This document shows positions 18,984 through 28,798 of a stretch of 62,142 nt of DNA, in pieces. How positions within the stretch are numbered: position 1 is the stretch's first letter; every line of letters begins with the position of its first letter. Below the pieces are notes generated by a model. It ran no database searches and was not told the DNA's origin. It was given only the letters and a program-made list of their open reading frames with translations. Source of the stretch: Nitrospirae bacterium MYbin3 (GTDB taxonomy: Bacteria > Nitrospirota > Thermodesulfovibrionia > Thermodesulfovibrionales > Dissulfurispiraceae). A program made the position numbers and the translations under genes. The stretch covers positions 1 to 62,142 of the forward strand of contig PEAD01000017.1 of NCBI GenBank assembly GCA_002753335.1, in the 5' to 3' direction.

Positions 18984-20392
18984 AGTCCAAAATTTTTAAA
19001 GCTTTTATAATCGTAATTACGGCCGCTATGCTTTCGAACTTTGTGTTTGAGTGGCTCATAATTAGGGATTTTGAAAATTACACAGAAAGCCTTAAAGAAG
19101 ACCAGCTTTTTTGGGTCATAACCGCTGTTGAGGGAAGCTATACGGAAGCAGGGTGGGACAGGCGCGCCCTGTCTGAGGCTATACACTGGGCGATGATGTT
19201 GGGCCTCGATATACGCGTTGTGGATTCTCACGGAAAAGAGGCTATAACTCATGAAGCTGTTATGGCCTCAATCTCACACAGCATGCACAAAAGAATGAAC
19301 GAATATTTTGACATGCACAAGACCACAGGGGCTTTTACCGAGCATAAGCTTTTGCATATGGGGCGTCCTGCCGGGACTCTTTTTTACCGGTTTTTTCAAA
19401 AAGCGGGCATTAAAGAAAAAGAACTGACTTTTAAGAGAAGAACAAACTATTTTCTTCTGGCTTCTTTTTTGATAGCAGGGTGCGGTTCGATTTTTTTAGC
19501 CTTGTATCTGAGCCATTTTCTTACGGCTCCAGTTGTCGAGCTTAAGGATGCTGCAGAGAGGATTGCGCGAAGAGATTTCAATGTCCGGGTTGGGGTGAAA
19601 TCCGATGATGAGCTCGGGAGCCTTTCGCAGGCCTTTGATTTCATGGCACTGTCTCTGAAGAAGGAGGAGGATCTTAGAAAACGTCTCATATCTAATGTGG
19701 CGCATGAACTCAGGACACCTCTTACCGTAATGAAGGCGAATGTCGAGGCGATGGCTGATGGAGTTTTTACAGACACAACGAAAGGCCTTGAGAATATAAG
19801 GACAGAGATAGACAGGTTGATTAAGCTTGTGGGCGGCATCGAGGATATTACAAAGGCAGAAGCAGGTTTTTTCTTGAGGTTCGATCAGGAAGAGCTTGAA
19901 CTTAGATCTTTTCTTGCGGGAGTAGTTGGCGACATGCGGCCTCTGTTCGAGAATAAAGGACTGTTGCTAAATTTTGAAGCCGGCGAAGATTTCTCGGTGT
20001 TTGTTGATGCTGAAAAATTAGTCTGGATATTAAGGAATCTCATGTCCAATGCCCTTAAATTTACGGATAAGGGGCAAGCCACTGTAGGATGCGAAAAGGC
20101 TGATGGTTTTTTCTCTATAGAGGTTAGAGATACAGGATGCGGCATATCAGAAAAGGATATCGGTTTAATATTCGACAGGTTTTACAGAGGTGCGCATACT
20201 GCTAAGGAAGGGTTGGGTTTAGGCTTGACTATTGTAAAGGAGCTTGTTGAGGCTATGGAAGGCAGGGTTGAGGTTCAAAGCAATGCAGAATCCGGGACTA
20301 TTTTCAGGGTAATCCTTCCTGTTGGCGGGGCTAAATTCAGCTCCCGTAACCACAACGCCTCAATCCACCCATCTCCACTCTTTTTTTTCTAA
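18980..20392 (+). CDS. HAMP sensor histidine kinase (BaeS-like)
   Basis: Two TM helices, HAMP, AHELRTPL, NALKFT, GLGLGL; His/Met-rich periplasmic stretch. The last 14 or so codons run into the island. Confidence 0.92.
   Translation: MKSKIFKAFIIVITAAMLSNFVFEWLIIRDFENYTESLKEDQLFWVITAVEGSYTEAGWDRRALSEAIHWAMMLGLDIRVVDSHGKEAITHEAVMASISHSMHKRMNEYFDMHKTTGAFTEHKLLHMGRPAGTLFYRFFQKAGIKEKELTFKRRTNYFLLASFLIAGCGSIFLALYLSHFLTAPVVELKDAAERIARRDFNVRVGVKSDDELGSLSQAFDFMALSLKKEEDLRKRLISNVAHELRTPLTVMKANVEAMADGVFTDTTKGLENIRTEIDRLIKLVGGIEDITKAEAGFFLRFDQEELELRSFLAGVVGDMRPLFENKGLLLNFEAGEDFSVFVDAEKLVWILRNLMSNALKFTDKGQATVGCEKADGFFSIEVRDTGCGISEKDIGLIFDRFYRGAHTAKEGLGLGLTIVKELVEAMEGRVEVQSNAESGTIFRVILPVGGAKFSSRNHNASIHPSPLFFF
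20336..20349 (+). repeat. Left copy of island direct repeat
   Basis: TTCAGCTCCCGTAA, identical to 25558-25571. Confidence 0.85.
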
Positions 20393-20851
20393 CACATAAT
20401 ATTTCCTGCCATAGGGCGAAACTGTCTCATACATTAGAGCATGACCATCCTGCCGGACAATATAGCGGAAATTGCTTCCCATTAATGAATATTTAGCACT
20501 CGGCACTTCTGCAAGAAATTCCGGCACGAGGTCGGAAAGTTGTTCGGGATAATGTCCGTTCTTGTCTTTAAAAAGCTCGCATGCAGCGATGATATCTTTT
20601 GCGCGCGCATCTGCAACCTTATTATTAAACACAGCTGCCGCAAAAACAAAAATGACCATAAAAGTATATATAACAGCCTTTGCCATAAGAAGCCTGACTC
20701 TTGCCTTATCTTTTCTTGCCCGAAACAGCTTTACAAGCAATACAGGAGTTCCTAAAAACAGGGTGGATCCAGCTATTGTGAATTGATTAAAAACAAAAAC
20801 ATCAACTACAAACAGTATAAATGCCGTTACAATGCTTTTCTTAAGCTTCAT
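20360..20851 (-). CDS. Hypothetical membrane protein with pseudopilin/GspG-like C-terminal motif
   Basis: Three hydrophobic segments, then ELFKDKNGHYPEQLSDLVPEFL. Confidence 0.7.
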   Translation of the reverse strand: MKLKKSIVTAFILFVVDVFVFNQFTIAGSTLFLGTPVLLVKLFRARKDKARVRLLMAKAVIYTFMVIFVFAAAVFNNKVADARAKDIIAACELFKDKNGHYPEQLSDLVPEFLAEVPSAKYSLMGSNFRYIVRQDGHALMYETVSPYGRKYYVLEKKEWRWVD

Positions 20852-20936
20852 TTCTTCCTTCCGGCACTTAATCCAACCCCTTAGTTCTTAGATTCATAGC
20901 ATATCCCACCCTGAATTTTATTTTCAGGTTTTTATT

Positions 20937-21062
20937 CTCATAGGTAGAATTTGCTCTTAAACAGTTGTTCATATATCTGCCTTTGCCATCAATTGCTATT
21001 TTTACGCCAGAATGCTTGAGTAACCGCAAATCAATTCATAAGTTACAACTGTACCCGTCTGC
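20937..21062 (-). pseudogene. Short IS3-family transposase (integrase core) fossil
   Basis: Frame from 21029 reads LRLLKHSGVKIAIDGKGRYMNN...YE, resembling the IS3 L...GI.ISMDGKGR.xDN...KYE segment. Confidence 0.5.
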
Positions 21063-21526
21063 GATTTATCTTTGTTCTGCTGTCTTTTTTTGAAATAGGG
21101 ATCGGTTGCACCGTGAATAAAAGCAAACAGGATAAATAGAAATATTAAAAATACAAAAACTAAAAGCATATTGGCTTTTAATCTTGAAAGCAATCTAATA
21201 AATCCCGGAAAGTCAAAATGTATTTTCTCACCTTTGCGCTGGAGGCTATACAAAAAACACATTACAATTATGGGGCCTATAAATGGGAAAACAACAGCAA
21301 CCGCTAATAAATAGAATTTCAAATCATCTAAAAATCTAAATCCTCTAAAGTATAGCTCAGTAAAGGTTCCGGCAACGCTAAAGATGCATGATAATGTAAA
21401 GACTATAATAAAAAAAGTCCCTGCCCCAGAAACGGTCATAATAGATACAATCAGCGCTGCTACATGACCAAGCAATCCGATGGCTAACGCATTTCTTCCG
21501 AAAGCTGTATGCCCAATCTCCTGCAT
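21002..21526 (-). CDS. Hypothetical membrane protein (4 TM)
   Basis: 174-aa hydrophobic ORF coupled to the ankyrin gene stop (TAATG). Confidence 0.65.
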   Translation of the reverse strand: MQEIGHTAFGRNALAIGLLGHVAALIVSIMTVSGAGTFFIIVFTLSCIFSVAGTFTELYFRGFRFLDDLKFYLLAVAVVFPFIGPIIVMCFLYSLQRKGEKIHFDFPGFIRLLSRLKANMLLVFVFLIFLFILFAFIHGATDPYFKKRQQNKDKSQTGTVVTYELICGYSSILA

Positions 21527-23829
21527 TATAGCTGTCTCATCTTTCTAGGCTTGTCAGAGCCTTTTATCACCATCCTTAGGTCTTTGTCCTTTTTAAAAAT
21601 CTCTATCAAATACTGCCCTCCAGCCTTGAAAGGACCAGATAAACGCAGTTGAATATCAACAAGATAATAAGGTATCACTAAGCTATTATCTTGAACCGCC
21701 GGCTTGCCAAAGCTGATAGAGTATAACCAATCAGCGGAGTGTCCCAGAAATACAGATGCAGCAACATATTTTTCAAAGTCTATTTCTGGAGCCTGCTTGT
21801 CAAAAGCCCTCCGCCAGAGCTCCAACCATTCTTCTTTTGTCTCTATCGCTTTAATAAACTCAGTATTTTGGTTGGAGACATTGCCGAACCATTTTAAGCC
21901 GTAATATTCTTTTTGAGCGCCATGCTTTTGCAATATGTCCAATATTGCCGTCTTCTGTTCTCCCTGAAAAGCATAGGACCACGCAGTCCTGCCCGAATTG
22001 TCCTTGTGGTTTATAGAGCTTCTCTTCTCTACAAGTAGCTTTACTATATCGGCATCCCAATTATTTGAGGCTATTATAAGGGCTGTTTCTTCTTTATCAT
22101 TAACAGCATTTACATCAGCACCTTTTTCTAATAGAAGCTTTGCAGAGGCAACTTTGTTTTTACTGTAAGACTCTACAACCTTCATCAACGCCGTTTTGCC
22201 CTCAGCATCTTTTATGTTTGAATCGGCTCCCCTGTCCAGCAAAAAACGCATCAACTCAATATCACCGCTTAATGAATACATCAAAAGAGTGTTACCTGAA
22301 ACATCCTTGATATTAGGATCGGGATCCCTTTTCATCAGCAACTTCACCATATCAAGGTTGCCTGAACCCACCGCCGCAAATAATGCTTCTTTTGTATCAT
22401 AATTTTTGCTCTGTTTTATCAAGGCTTTGAATATAGATAAGCGTTTCCCATAAATAGCCTTTGTCAAAGCCGTGCTCTCATCATTAGCCTTGACATTAAT
22501 ATCGGCTCGAGCCTTTAGGAGCCTTTCTACAATGATAACATCGCCTTTTTCACAAGCGATCATTAAAGCTGTGATGCCATTTTTATCAACAGCATTAATA
22601 TCTGTCTTGCTATCAATTAACAATTTAGCGATATCAGAACTTCCTTGACTCGATGCAATCATCAGCGCCGTCTGGCCATCATCGTATCTATCGTTAGAGT
22701 TTGCCCCATGCTTCAGCAGGGACTGTACAACCTTAGTCTGGTTCTTCAGCACGGCATAGATCAGAGCATCACCTTTGCTGATATTTTTTATGTTAAAGTC
22801 AGCTCCGTTTTTTAGAAGTTTGTTGACGATATCTATATGACCTTTAAGTGACGCAAATATTAGAGCCGTCTCGTTTGTCCCATTCTTGGCATTAACATCC
22901 GCCCCATGCTTGATCAAATACTTGAGTATATCCATGGCATTTGCATCGGCGGCATACATAAGGGGTGTGCTGCCCTTGTCTGTCCTTAGGTTTACATCAG
23001 CCCCTTTTGACAGCAGCAACCTGACCTTATTCAGCTTCTTTTCTTTTATGGCTTTGAACAATGGAAGCATTGCATTTACTGACAAAGACGATGCTTCATT
23101 CTTATTCTTAAAAGCTTTTTCCAATATCTGAACAATGTAATCAAGACCTTCCTTTTTGGCTATAGCAAGGGCTGTATCACCATTCTTGTCGAAAAAATCC
23201 AATTTAGCGCCTTTTGACAGTATTTCCTTGACCAACGATGCGTTGCCTTGCATGACCGCATACATGAGAGGTGTACGTTTAGTTTCCATCCATGATTCAT
23301 CCTGAACATTAACGTCAGCCCCGTTCTCTAAAAGAACCCGTATTGTCTCTGCCTTATCCCCCGGAGGCCCATAGGTAGTGGTTCCCAAATTGCTTGCAGC
23401 AAGCAAAGCGGTTATGCCTTGAGATTTAACATTTACATCTGCACCTTTAGCAATCAGATATCTTACGATGGCAACATGTCCCTGTCCTGACGCTTCAATC
23501 AGAGCAGTTCTGTTACCGCTTTCTTTTCCTTTATCAACAGCGGCGCCATTTGCTATCAGCAATTTTACTATCTTAAGATTTCCCTTAGCTGCGGCTATAG
23601 ACAATGAGGTCTCTCCAGTTCTGCCTTTTTCATTGACCCTGTCTTTATGTGAGCCCAAAGATATTTCTTTAAGAATGGCCTTGACTTTTTTAAGGTTGCC
23701 TTCTCTGACAGCTTCCAGTAGAGGGGCATCTGGCGGGGGAAGAATGGTATCACAAAAAATAATTGACGGAAATAATGCTAAAAAAATAATGCTGAAAGCA
23801 ACTGCCTTAAAACTCATTGGATTCTCCAT
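21526..23829 (-). CDS. Exported ankyrin-repeat protein with C-terminal PrcB-like domain
   Basis: Signal-peptide-like start; roughly 15 G.T(A/P)L..A...G....V..LL..GADVN repeats; tail IETKEEW.ELW....APEIDFEK....VFLG. Confidence 0.9.
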   Translation of the reverse strand: MENPMSFKAVAFSIIFLALFPSIIFCDTILPPPDAPLLEAVREGNLKKVKAILKEISLGSHKDRVNEKGRTGETSLSIAAAKGNLKIVKLLIANGAAVDKGKESGNRTALIEASGQGHVAIVRYLIAKGADVNVKSQGITALLAASNLGTTTYGPPGDKAETIRVLLENGADVNVQDESWMETKRTPLMYAVMQGNASLVKEILSKGAKLDFFDKNGDTALAIAKKEGLDYIVQILEKAFKNKNEASSLSVNAMLPLFKAIKEKKLNKVRLLLSKGADVNLRTDKGSTPLMYAADANAMDILKYLIKHGADVNAKNGTNETALIFASLKGHIDIVNKLLKNGADFNIKNISKGDALIYAVLKNQTKVVQSLLKHGANSNDRYDDGQTALMIASSQGSSDIAKLLIDSKTDINAVDKNGITALMIACEKGDVIIVERLLKARADINVKANDESTALTKAIYGKRLSIFKALIKQSKNYDTKEALFAAVGSGNLDMVKLLMKRDPDPNIKDVSGNTLLMYSLSGDIELMRFLLDRGADSNIKDAEGKTALMKVVESYSKNKVASAKLLLEKGADVNAVNDKEETALIIASNNWDADIVKLLVEKRSSINHKDNSGRTAWSYAFQGEQKTAILDILQKHGAQKEYYGLKWFGNVSNQNTEFIKAIETKEEWLELWRRAFDKQAPEIDFEKYVAASVFLGHSADWLYSISFGKPAVQDNSLVIPYYLVDIQLRLSGPFKAGGQYLIEIFKKDKDLRMVIKGSDKPRKMRQL

Positions 23830-23902
23830 GCCATTTATTATTCGGTAAGTATACTACTTTAGTTCTAATAAGTGGATGCATTTATAGAGAATCGAATAGT
23901 TA

Positions 23903-24466
23903 TTAGAGGGGATAGCCGAACCTCTGTCTTAAAGCTGAAACAAAGGAACTATCAGCTTTTGTAGAGAAAACTTCGACAGGCGAATGTCCGTGCTTCCATG
24001 ATATAAATAATGCTATGCAGACTGCTATTGAAGTAATCGCTATGTTTTGCCATGAATTTAATTCCCACTGCCCTTGCCATGTAAGTTCAAAGTTCGAAAG
24101 CGGCCAAAAATAAGCGACCGACCATAGATAACCTTGTGGACCAGCAGAACCGACCATATCACCAATAAGGTGAAGATGGAAGCTTGCAAAAGAAAGCAAT
24201 CCGGCTACCCACCTCTTTTTCGAGAGGAGATAAGCAGCTATGGTTACAACAAAAGCGAACAAGAGATTATGGGATAAGACATGATGAAACCGCTGATACC
24301 ACTCGAATGAAGCGCCATTGTTTCGTGAGAAAATATCTATAAAAAGACCAAATCCGTCTATATCCGGAATAACTCCGGCAGCGGTAACAAGAACCCTGTC
24401 GCGTCTTTCCATGTTTGCGCTGTTTGCTACAAGCCAGCTTGTCAAGAAATGAGTTACAGGACTCAT
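23903..24466 (-). CDS. Membrane-bound metal-dependent hydrolase (YdjM/DUF457-like)
   Basis: THFL, PDIDG, HH.L.H and HL..D motifs with TM segments. Confidence 0.82.
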   Translation of the reverse strand: MSPVTHFLTSWLVANSANMERRDRVLVTAAGVIPDIDGFGLFIDIFSRNNGASFEWYQRFHHVLSHNLLFAFVVTIAAYLLSKKRWVAGLLSFASFHLHLIGDMVGSAGPQGYLWSVAYFWPLSNFELTWQGQWELNSWQNIAITSIAVCIALFISWKHGHSPVEVFSTKADSSFVSALRQRFGYPL

Positions 24467-24470
24467 TCTA

Positions 24471-24794
24471 TTATAAAGCCCTTATAATTCCCATAATTAT
24501 AGAAGCTGCGATAACAATACCAATGATTATTATTGCGGCCATCAGAAACCGGTGCGGAACAAACCTTATAGGTTGCGGCTTGCCAGCTATTTTTTCGTCT
24601 ATCCTTTTAAAAAACTCTACCCTATTCGAAAAGGCTTTTATAAAAAAGATAAGAAAAGGAATACAAAAAAACAATCCAAAACTTGCGAACAAATATACGC
24701 CGCTGTCTTTATTGGCAAGCGAAAGGTGTGCCATATAAAAACTGACTGCAGTACACAATCCGAAAACTATAATTAAAACCCATATCACTATCAT
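24471..24794 (-). CDS. Hypothetical membrane protein (3 TM)
   Basis: 107-aa ORF, AAGGGG RBS, 4 nt upstream of the next gene. Confidence 0.65.
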   Translation of the reverse strand: MIVIWVLIIVFGLCTAVSFYMAHLSLANKDSGVYLFASFGLFFCIPFLIFFIKAFSNRVEFFKRIDEKIAGKPQPIRFVPHRFLMAAIIIIGIVIAASIIMGIIRAL

Positions 24795-24827
24795 TAACCC
24801 CTTAGACGGTCACTCTATAAACAATTC

Positions 24828-24974
24828 CTACTTTCCAATTACCAGAGGAAAGTCCATCCCCCTTGAATCAACTACTGGGAATTGAGGCTCCTGTTTGTAT
24901 TTTTTTGTTATATCAGGAAGCCGCTCCTCTACATAGCTCATGAGTTTCCGCACCGTAACTGTATCCCGACCTCC
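24828..24974 (-). pseudogene. C-terminal fragment of a caspase-like (peptidase C14) protein
   Basis: VTVRKLMSYVEERLPDITKKYKQEPQFPVVDSRGMDFPL resembles the end of bacterial caspase-domain proteins; no catalytic His/Cys region upstream. Confidence 0.6.
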
Positions 24975-25228
24975 GAACTCTTCAAGCATGTTATAAAAAG
25001 GAGAGCCAATAAAAAAAATATTTAAGACATTTCTGTTCATAAAGATCCTCATACACTGATTATAATTATACGTTTTACATTTAGGTATATGGTGACTTTT
25101 TCTTATGCTATGAGATGAGAAACAATTCTGTCAAAACTTTGATATTGGCAGTGCGTATAAAGTGCATATGACTATGTAACATCGACTATCCCTTTTAGTT
25201 CGCAACTTAGTATGTCTGCCGTATCACC

Positions 25229-25325
25229 TCTACAAATAGAATTCGCTCACATAATCTGATTATTGAGCGAGATTACCCTCGGTAATTCTTGCTTTTCTGG
25301 TAAGCGAGTTTTGCGAATTTGTAGA
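25229..25325. repeat. Multi-hairpin non-coding element (MITE remnant or structured RNA)
   Basis: Outer 9-bp IR TCTACAAAT/ATTTGTAGA; hairpin TCGCTCA-C-ATAAT-CTG-ATTAT-TGAGCGA (25243-25270); hairpin ATTACC-CTC-GGTAAT (25272-25286). Confidence 0.5.
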
Positions 25326-25557
25326 CAGGCATTCGCATCCAAGCAGCAGGAGCCTGAACTCTATCCTTTCCACAGCTCATCAATCAATATTTCGGTTAAG
25401 CGTCAAAGAAACAGACTTTGCGAATTGCTTTCGAAAAATGATAAATGAGATAAAATATCTTGATGGACATTTTTGAGAATTACAGTAAAAAAGTTTTACA
25501 AGCAAACATCAACTGCTTGATCAGCCATTACCTGATAAATCAAATCCTGCTTTGCAG

Positions 25558-25571
25558 TTCAGCTCCCGTAA
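25558..25571 (+). repeat. Right copy of island direct repeat (contains the fapA-like stop codon)
   Basis: TTCAGCTCCCGTAA. Confidence 0.85.
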
Positions 25572-26611
25572 GGCACAGAAATTATCTGAGAGTTCTTGAT
25601 AAGGAACGAGAGAGAGCGTTCCTTTTTTTCTATAGACATGCATTTGTCTTCTATGCAGACTTTGGTATTAGGGAACACATCGCCGGTTATCGAAATTCTC
25701 TTTACCGCGAGGCTGAGGTCGATTTCCCTGGTCATTTCTTCTCTGTCGCGTAGCAGATATTCAAGCTCATCTTCGATTTCTTTCAGCTTTCTCTGTCCGG
25801 CAAGAAGATCTCTTTTTTTGTCGGGAGGCACGTTGTAAATAGCCGGGCCTAATTTTTTTATTGTTGCTGCTATGTTTTGCAGCCCATCTTTGGCCTTTTC
25901 GAATTTAGCTATGCGGTTGTCAAGGTCTTCCCGTTTTTTCAGCAGAGCCAAGTGTTCTATAGGTTTGACAAAAATGGAGCAGCCAATATTATCCTCTCCA
26001 GCCACACAATTGCGGATATTGACGCGTGATTCGCTTACTATATCTACCGCGGTTGCAGAGCCCTTAAGGTTTACCTCTCCGGCTGCGGTTATCGAGGAGT
26101 TCCAGACATCTAAAGCGGTTGAAACTTCACCGCTTGCCCTGATTTCCACAAAGCATATCTTATTTGCTGAACTGCCCTGAATGGTTACATCACCCATGGT
26201 GGATATTTTTACCGGTTTTTCGGCAGTGCCTATGATCGAGCCTTTAATCGATATATTCCCGGTCAGGTTTTCTAGTGAACAGCCCTCTACAACATCGCAA
26301 GAAAAGACAATCGTTTCTCCTGCCTTTATTTTTATTCCGGGCTGCACTCCGCCATGCACTTCGACCCTGCCTTCAAAATCAATATCCTCTTTCAGCTGGT
26401 AAAGCTCAAAGACCTCTCCGGGAGCTCCTCTGTAGCCTTTTGGAACCTGTATTAATACGTAGCTCAAGTCTTTGCTCTTGAGCCTGAAAATAGTATCTTT
26501 GTCCAGCACAAAGCCTTCGGTTACGAGAGGGAACATACCCTTGCCCGGCTCGTAAATGTCGGTGCCAACTATCATGCCAGCCTTGAGGTCTTTTAAAAGG
26601 ACTCTTTTCAT
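25559..26611 (-). CDS. FapA/DUF342-like beta-solenoid protein with an N-terminal segment of the type seen on HD-GYP proteins
   Basis: DIDFEGRVEVHGGV..G.KIKA repeats, coiled coil, I.I.GDVFPNT.V.I tail; N-terminus LKDLKAGMIVGTDIY. Confidence 0.7.
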   Translation of the reverse strand: MKRVLLKDLKAGMIVGTDIYEPGKGMFPLVTEGFVLDKDTIFRLKSKDLSYVLIQVPKGYRGAPGEVFELYQLKEDIDFEGRVEVHGGVQPGIKIKAGETIVFSCDVVEGCSLENLTGNISIKGSIIGTAEKPVKISTMGDVTIQGSSANKICFVEIRASGEVSTALDVWNSSITAAGEVNLKGSATAVDIVSESRVNIRNCVAGEDNIGCSIFVKPIEHLALLKKREDLDNRIAKFEKAKDGLQNIAATIKKLGPAIYNVPPDKKRDLLAGQRKLKEIEDELEYLLRDREEMTREIDLSLAVKRISITGDVFPNTKVCIEDKCMSIEKKERSLSFLIKNSQIISVPYGS

Positions 26612-26621
26612 CTAAGGGTTT

Positions 26622-27518
26622 CTACTTTGCCTTTTCCTGTTTTTGCTCTTTTGTCTGCTGCTTGCCCGAATCTCCTGACATCATTTTTGCTATAGCCTCT
26701 TTGTTTATCTCTATTTTATACGATTTCTTCAGATTTTCCCTGAATTTTTCGAAGTGGTCCTGCTCTTTTTCACGCGAAAGACCCTGAATGATTATCTCTT
26801 TTATCTTTTCAAAGTCTTCAGGTGTGCCTTTGACATCGGTCAGCTTGAAGATATGTATGCCGTTGTTCAGCTTAACCGGAGCGCCCACCTGACCTTTTTT
26901 GAGTCTGAAGGCAACGGCCTCTATTTCTTTGCGGAGTTCGCCTTTTTTAACTATGCCGATATCTCCGCCTGCCTTTGCCGAAGCCTTTTCTATCGACATG
27001 GAGGAGGCTATCTTGGCAAAATCCTCACCTTTTTGCAGGCGCTCGTAAACTTTTTGCGCATCGCTTTCACTCTTTACAACAATCTGGCTGAGCCTTACCT
27101 GATTCCTTCTTATGAAGTCATCCTTGTTTTTATCGTAGTACTCTTTGGCCTCTTTTTCGGTTACCTTGGCAGCAGTCTTCATCTCTTCGTCAAGCAGCTG
27201 CTTAATCAGTGTGTTCTTTTTCAGAGTCTCGATTTTTTTCTCAAAATCCTTTGTCTTATCGAGGCCGCGTTTTTTCGCCTCCCAGTAAAAGATCTCTTTC
27301 TGCACAATTTCATCAACAAGCCTTGTTGCACCATCACTGCCCCCGAAGAATTCTGCCGCAAGCTCAGGCGGCAGATAACTCATTTCGGTCTTAATATCCT
27401 CTTTCGTAATAACGGTATCGTTTATCTTTGCGATATACTCGCCCTTCTGGTCTCCTCCTTTTGAACAGGAAACCACGAACAGCAGAGCAAGTATCAGCAT
27501 CAAGAACCTTATCATCAA
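26622..27518 (-). CDS. PpiC/PrsA-type peptidyl-prolyl isomerase lipoprotein
   Basis: Lipobox VVSC; parvulin motifs GEDFAKIA...S...GGDIG and G.V..PV....GIHI. Confidence 0.9.
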   Translation of the reverse strand: MMIRFLMLILALLFVVSCSKGGDQKGEYIAKINDTVITKEDIKTEMSYLPPELAAEFFGGSDGATRLVDEIVQKEIFYWEAKKRGLDKTKDFEKKIETLKKNTLIKQLLDEEMKTAAKVTEKEAKEYYDKNKDDFIRRNQVRLSQIVVKSESDAQKVYERLQKGEDFAKIASSMSIEKASAKAGGDIGIVKKGELRKEIEAVAFRLKKGQVGAPVKLNNGIHIFKLTDVKGTPEDFEKIKEIIIQGLSREKEQDHFEKFRENLKKSYKIEINKEAIAKMMSGDSGKQQTKEQKQEKAK

Positions 27519-27577
27519 ATATTCTCCTTTTGTAATTTTAAGATAGGTATTAAAATAACATATTTACGAATTAAATT

Positions 27578-28798
27578 TCAGACCTGCATGCTCGTATTTC
27601 TGAGGCGCTTGGCCATCTCTTTGAGAAAAGAAAGCACGAGCTTGGGATCCTCATGGAGCAGAAACTCAAAGTTGTTCTTGTTTATAAAGATTATCTGCGT
27701 GTTGTCTTCTGTTGCTATCGCGTTGGCGGTCCTCGGAATTTCGAGCAGCATCGCCATCTCTCCGAAATATTCCCCTTTGCTCACGGTTTTCAATACATGT
27801 TCGCCTTTTCTCACAGTTACTGCACCGGACAGCACCTGAAACATATTTTCGCCTTTTTCGCCTTCCTTGAAGATAAAGTCGTTTGCAGTATAGGTTTTTA
27901 CGAACCTGTCGAGTATGATTTTGTGAAAACTTTGCGGTACTTTGCCGCCAAGCAAAAGCTTTTTAATCATTAGTGTTTCACGCTTTCTGGTGGCGGCCAT
28001 CACCTCGGCCACGAAAAGCAAGACAGCTACAGTGTAATAGACCCAGATTATCAGTATGAATATCGCTTTAAGTGAGCCGAACGCAAAGCCGTAGGTCGGG
28101 TTGTATTTCAGAAACAGCGAGAACAGCGGCCGTATGATAGACCATAGCAGCGCGGTCAGCACAGAGCCTGTGATTATGTTGGCAAGCTCGAGCTTGACCG
28201 GAACAAATGCCAGAAAGAAAAAATATACGAATACGACCGTTATGATAATAGGCGCGACCGCATTGCTGATTTTCATGAAGAAGGGAAGTTCTTTTAAAAA
28301 TATGTCTACCGACATATCGTAGGCAATGCTGCTCAATACCAAAAAAGTGAAAAGTATGAGTATCACGAGTACAGCCGTGCCATCTCTGAGCGTGGCTTTG
28401 TAGAACGAAATCTCCGAATCTACCCGGAAGATTTTCGAGAATGAATTCCTAAGCGCGCTCGTCAGCGGAGTTATCGACCAGAACAGGGTGATTATGCTCA
28501 CGGTTCCCCAGATTCTTTTGTATTTCGAGAGAGAATGTAGCTCTTTTATTATGACTTTGCTGAACTCCGGAAACATTTCTGCTGCGAGGTCTTCGATAAG
28601 CTTTAAGGCAGCTGCCGAAGATGTTATGTAGTTGCTGAGGATATAAATTACGAGCAGCAGCAAAGGAATCAGAGAGAAAAAACCGTAATAGGCAAGGGCT
28701 GCTGAAGAGTCTAGGCTGTTATTCCTCCGAAATGATATAGCCGACTCTTTGAGGACGAGCAGAGGAAAGGTTAGTTTTTCCCTGAGGCGGTTGAGCAT
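27578..28798 (-). CDS. YihY/BrkB-family membrane protein fused to a C-terminal cyclic-nucleotide-binding domain
   Basis: SAALAYY.FFSLIP and YG..FGSL....IWVY, then IFKEGEKG...GEYFGEMAML..PRTANA. Confidence 0.88.
   Translation of the reverse strand: MLNRLREKLTFPLLVLKESAISFRRNNSLDSSAALAYYGFFSLIPLLLLVIYILSNYITSSAAALKLIEDLAAEMFPEFSKVIIKELHSLSKYKRIWGTVSIITLFWSITPLTSALRNSFSKIFRVDSEISFYKATLRDGTAVLVILILFTFLVLSSIAYDMSVDIFLKELPFFMKISNAVAPIIITVVFVYFFFLAFVPVKLELANIITGSVLTALLWSIIRPLFSLFLKYNPTYGFAFGSLKAIFILIIWVYYTVAVLLFVAEVMAATRKRETLMIKKLLLGGKVPQSFHKIILDRFVKTYTANDFIFKEGEKGENMFQVLSGAVTVRKGEHVLKTVSKGEYFGEMAMLLEIPRTANAIATEDNTQIIFINKNNFEFLLHEDPKLVLSFLKEMAKRLRNTSMQV

Larger units (their letters stand above)
20336..25571. 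mobile_element. Degenerate genomic island (about 5.2 kb, no intact integrase) bounded by 14-bp direct repeats
   Basis: TTCAGCTCCCGTAA at 20336-20349 and 25558-25571; interior visibly AT-richer; accessory genes and gene fragments all on the minus strand. Confidence 0.72.

Noticed and set aside
25395..25445. Minus-strand GAAA...CGCAAAG resembling a c-di-GMP-I riboswitch
   Set aside because: Lacks the GGCAAA start and paired stems of the motif.
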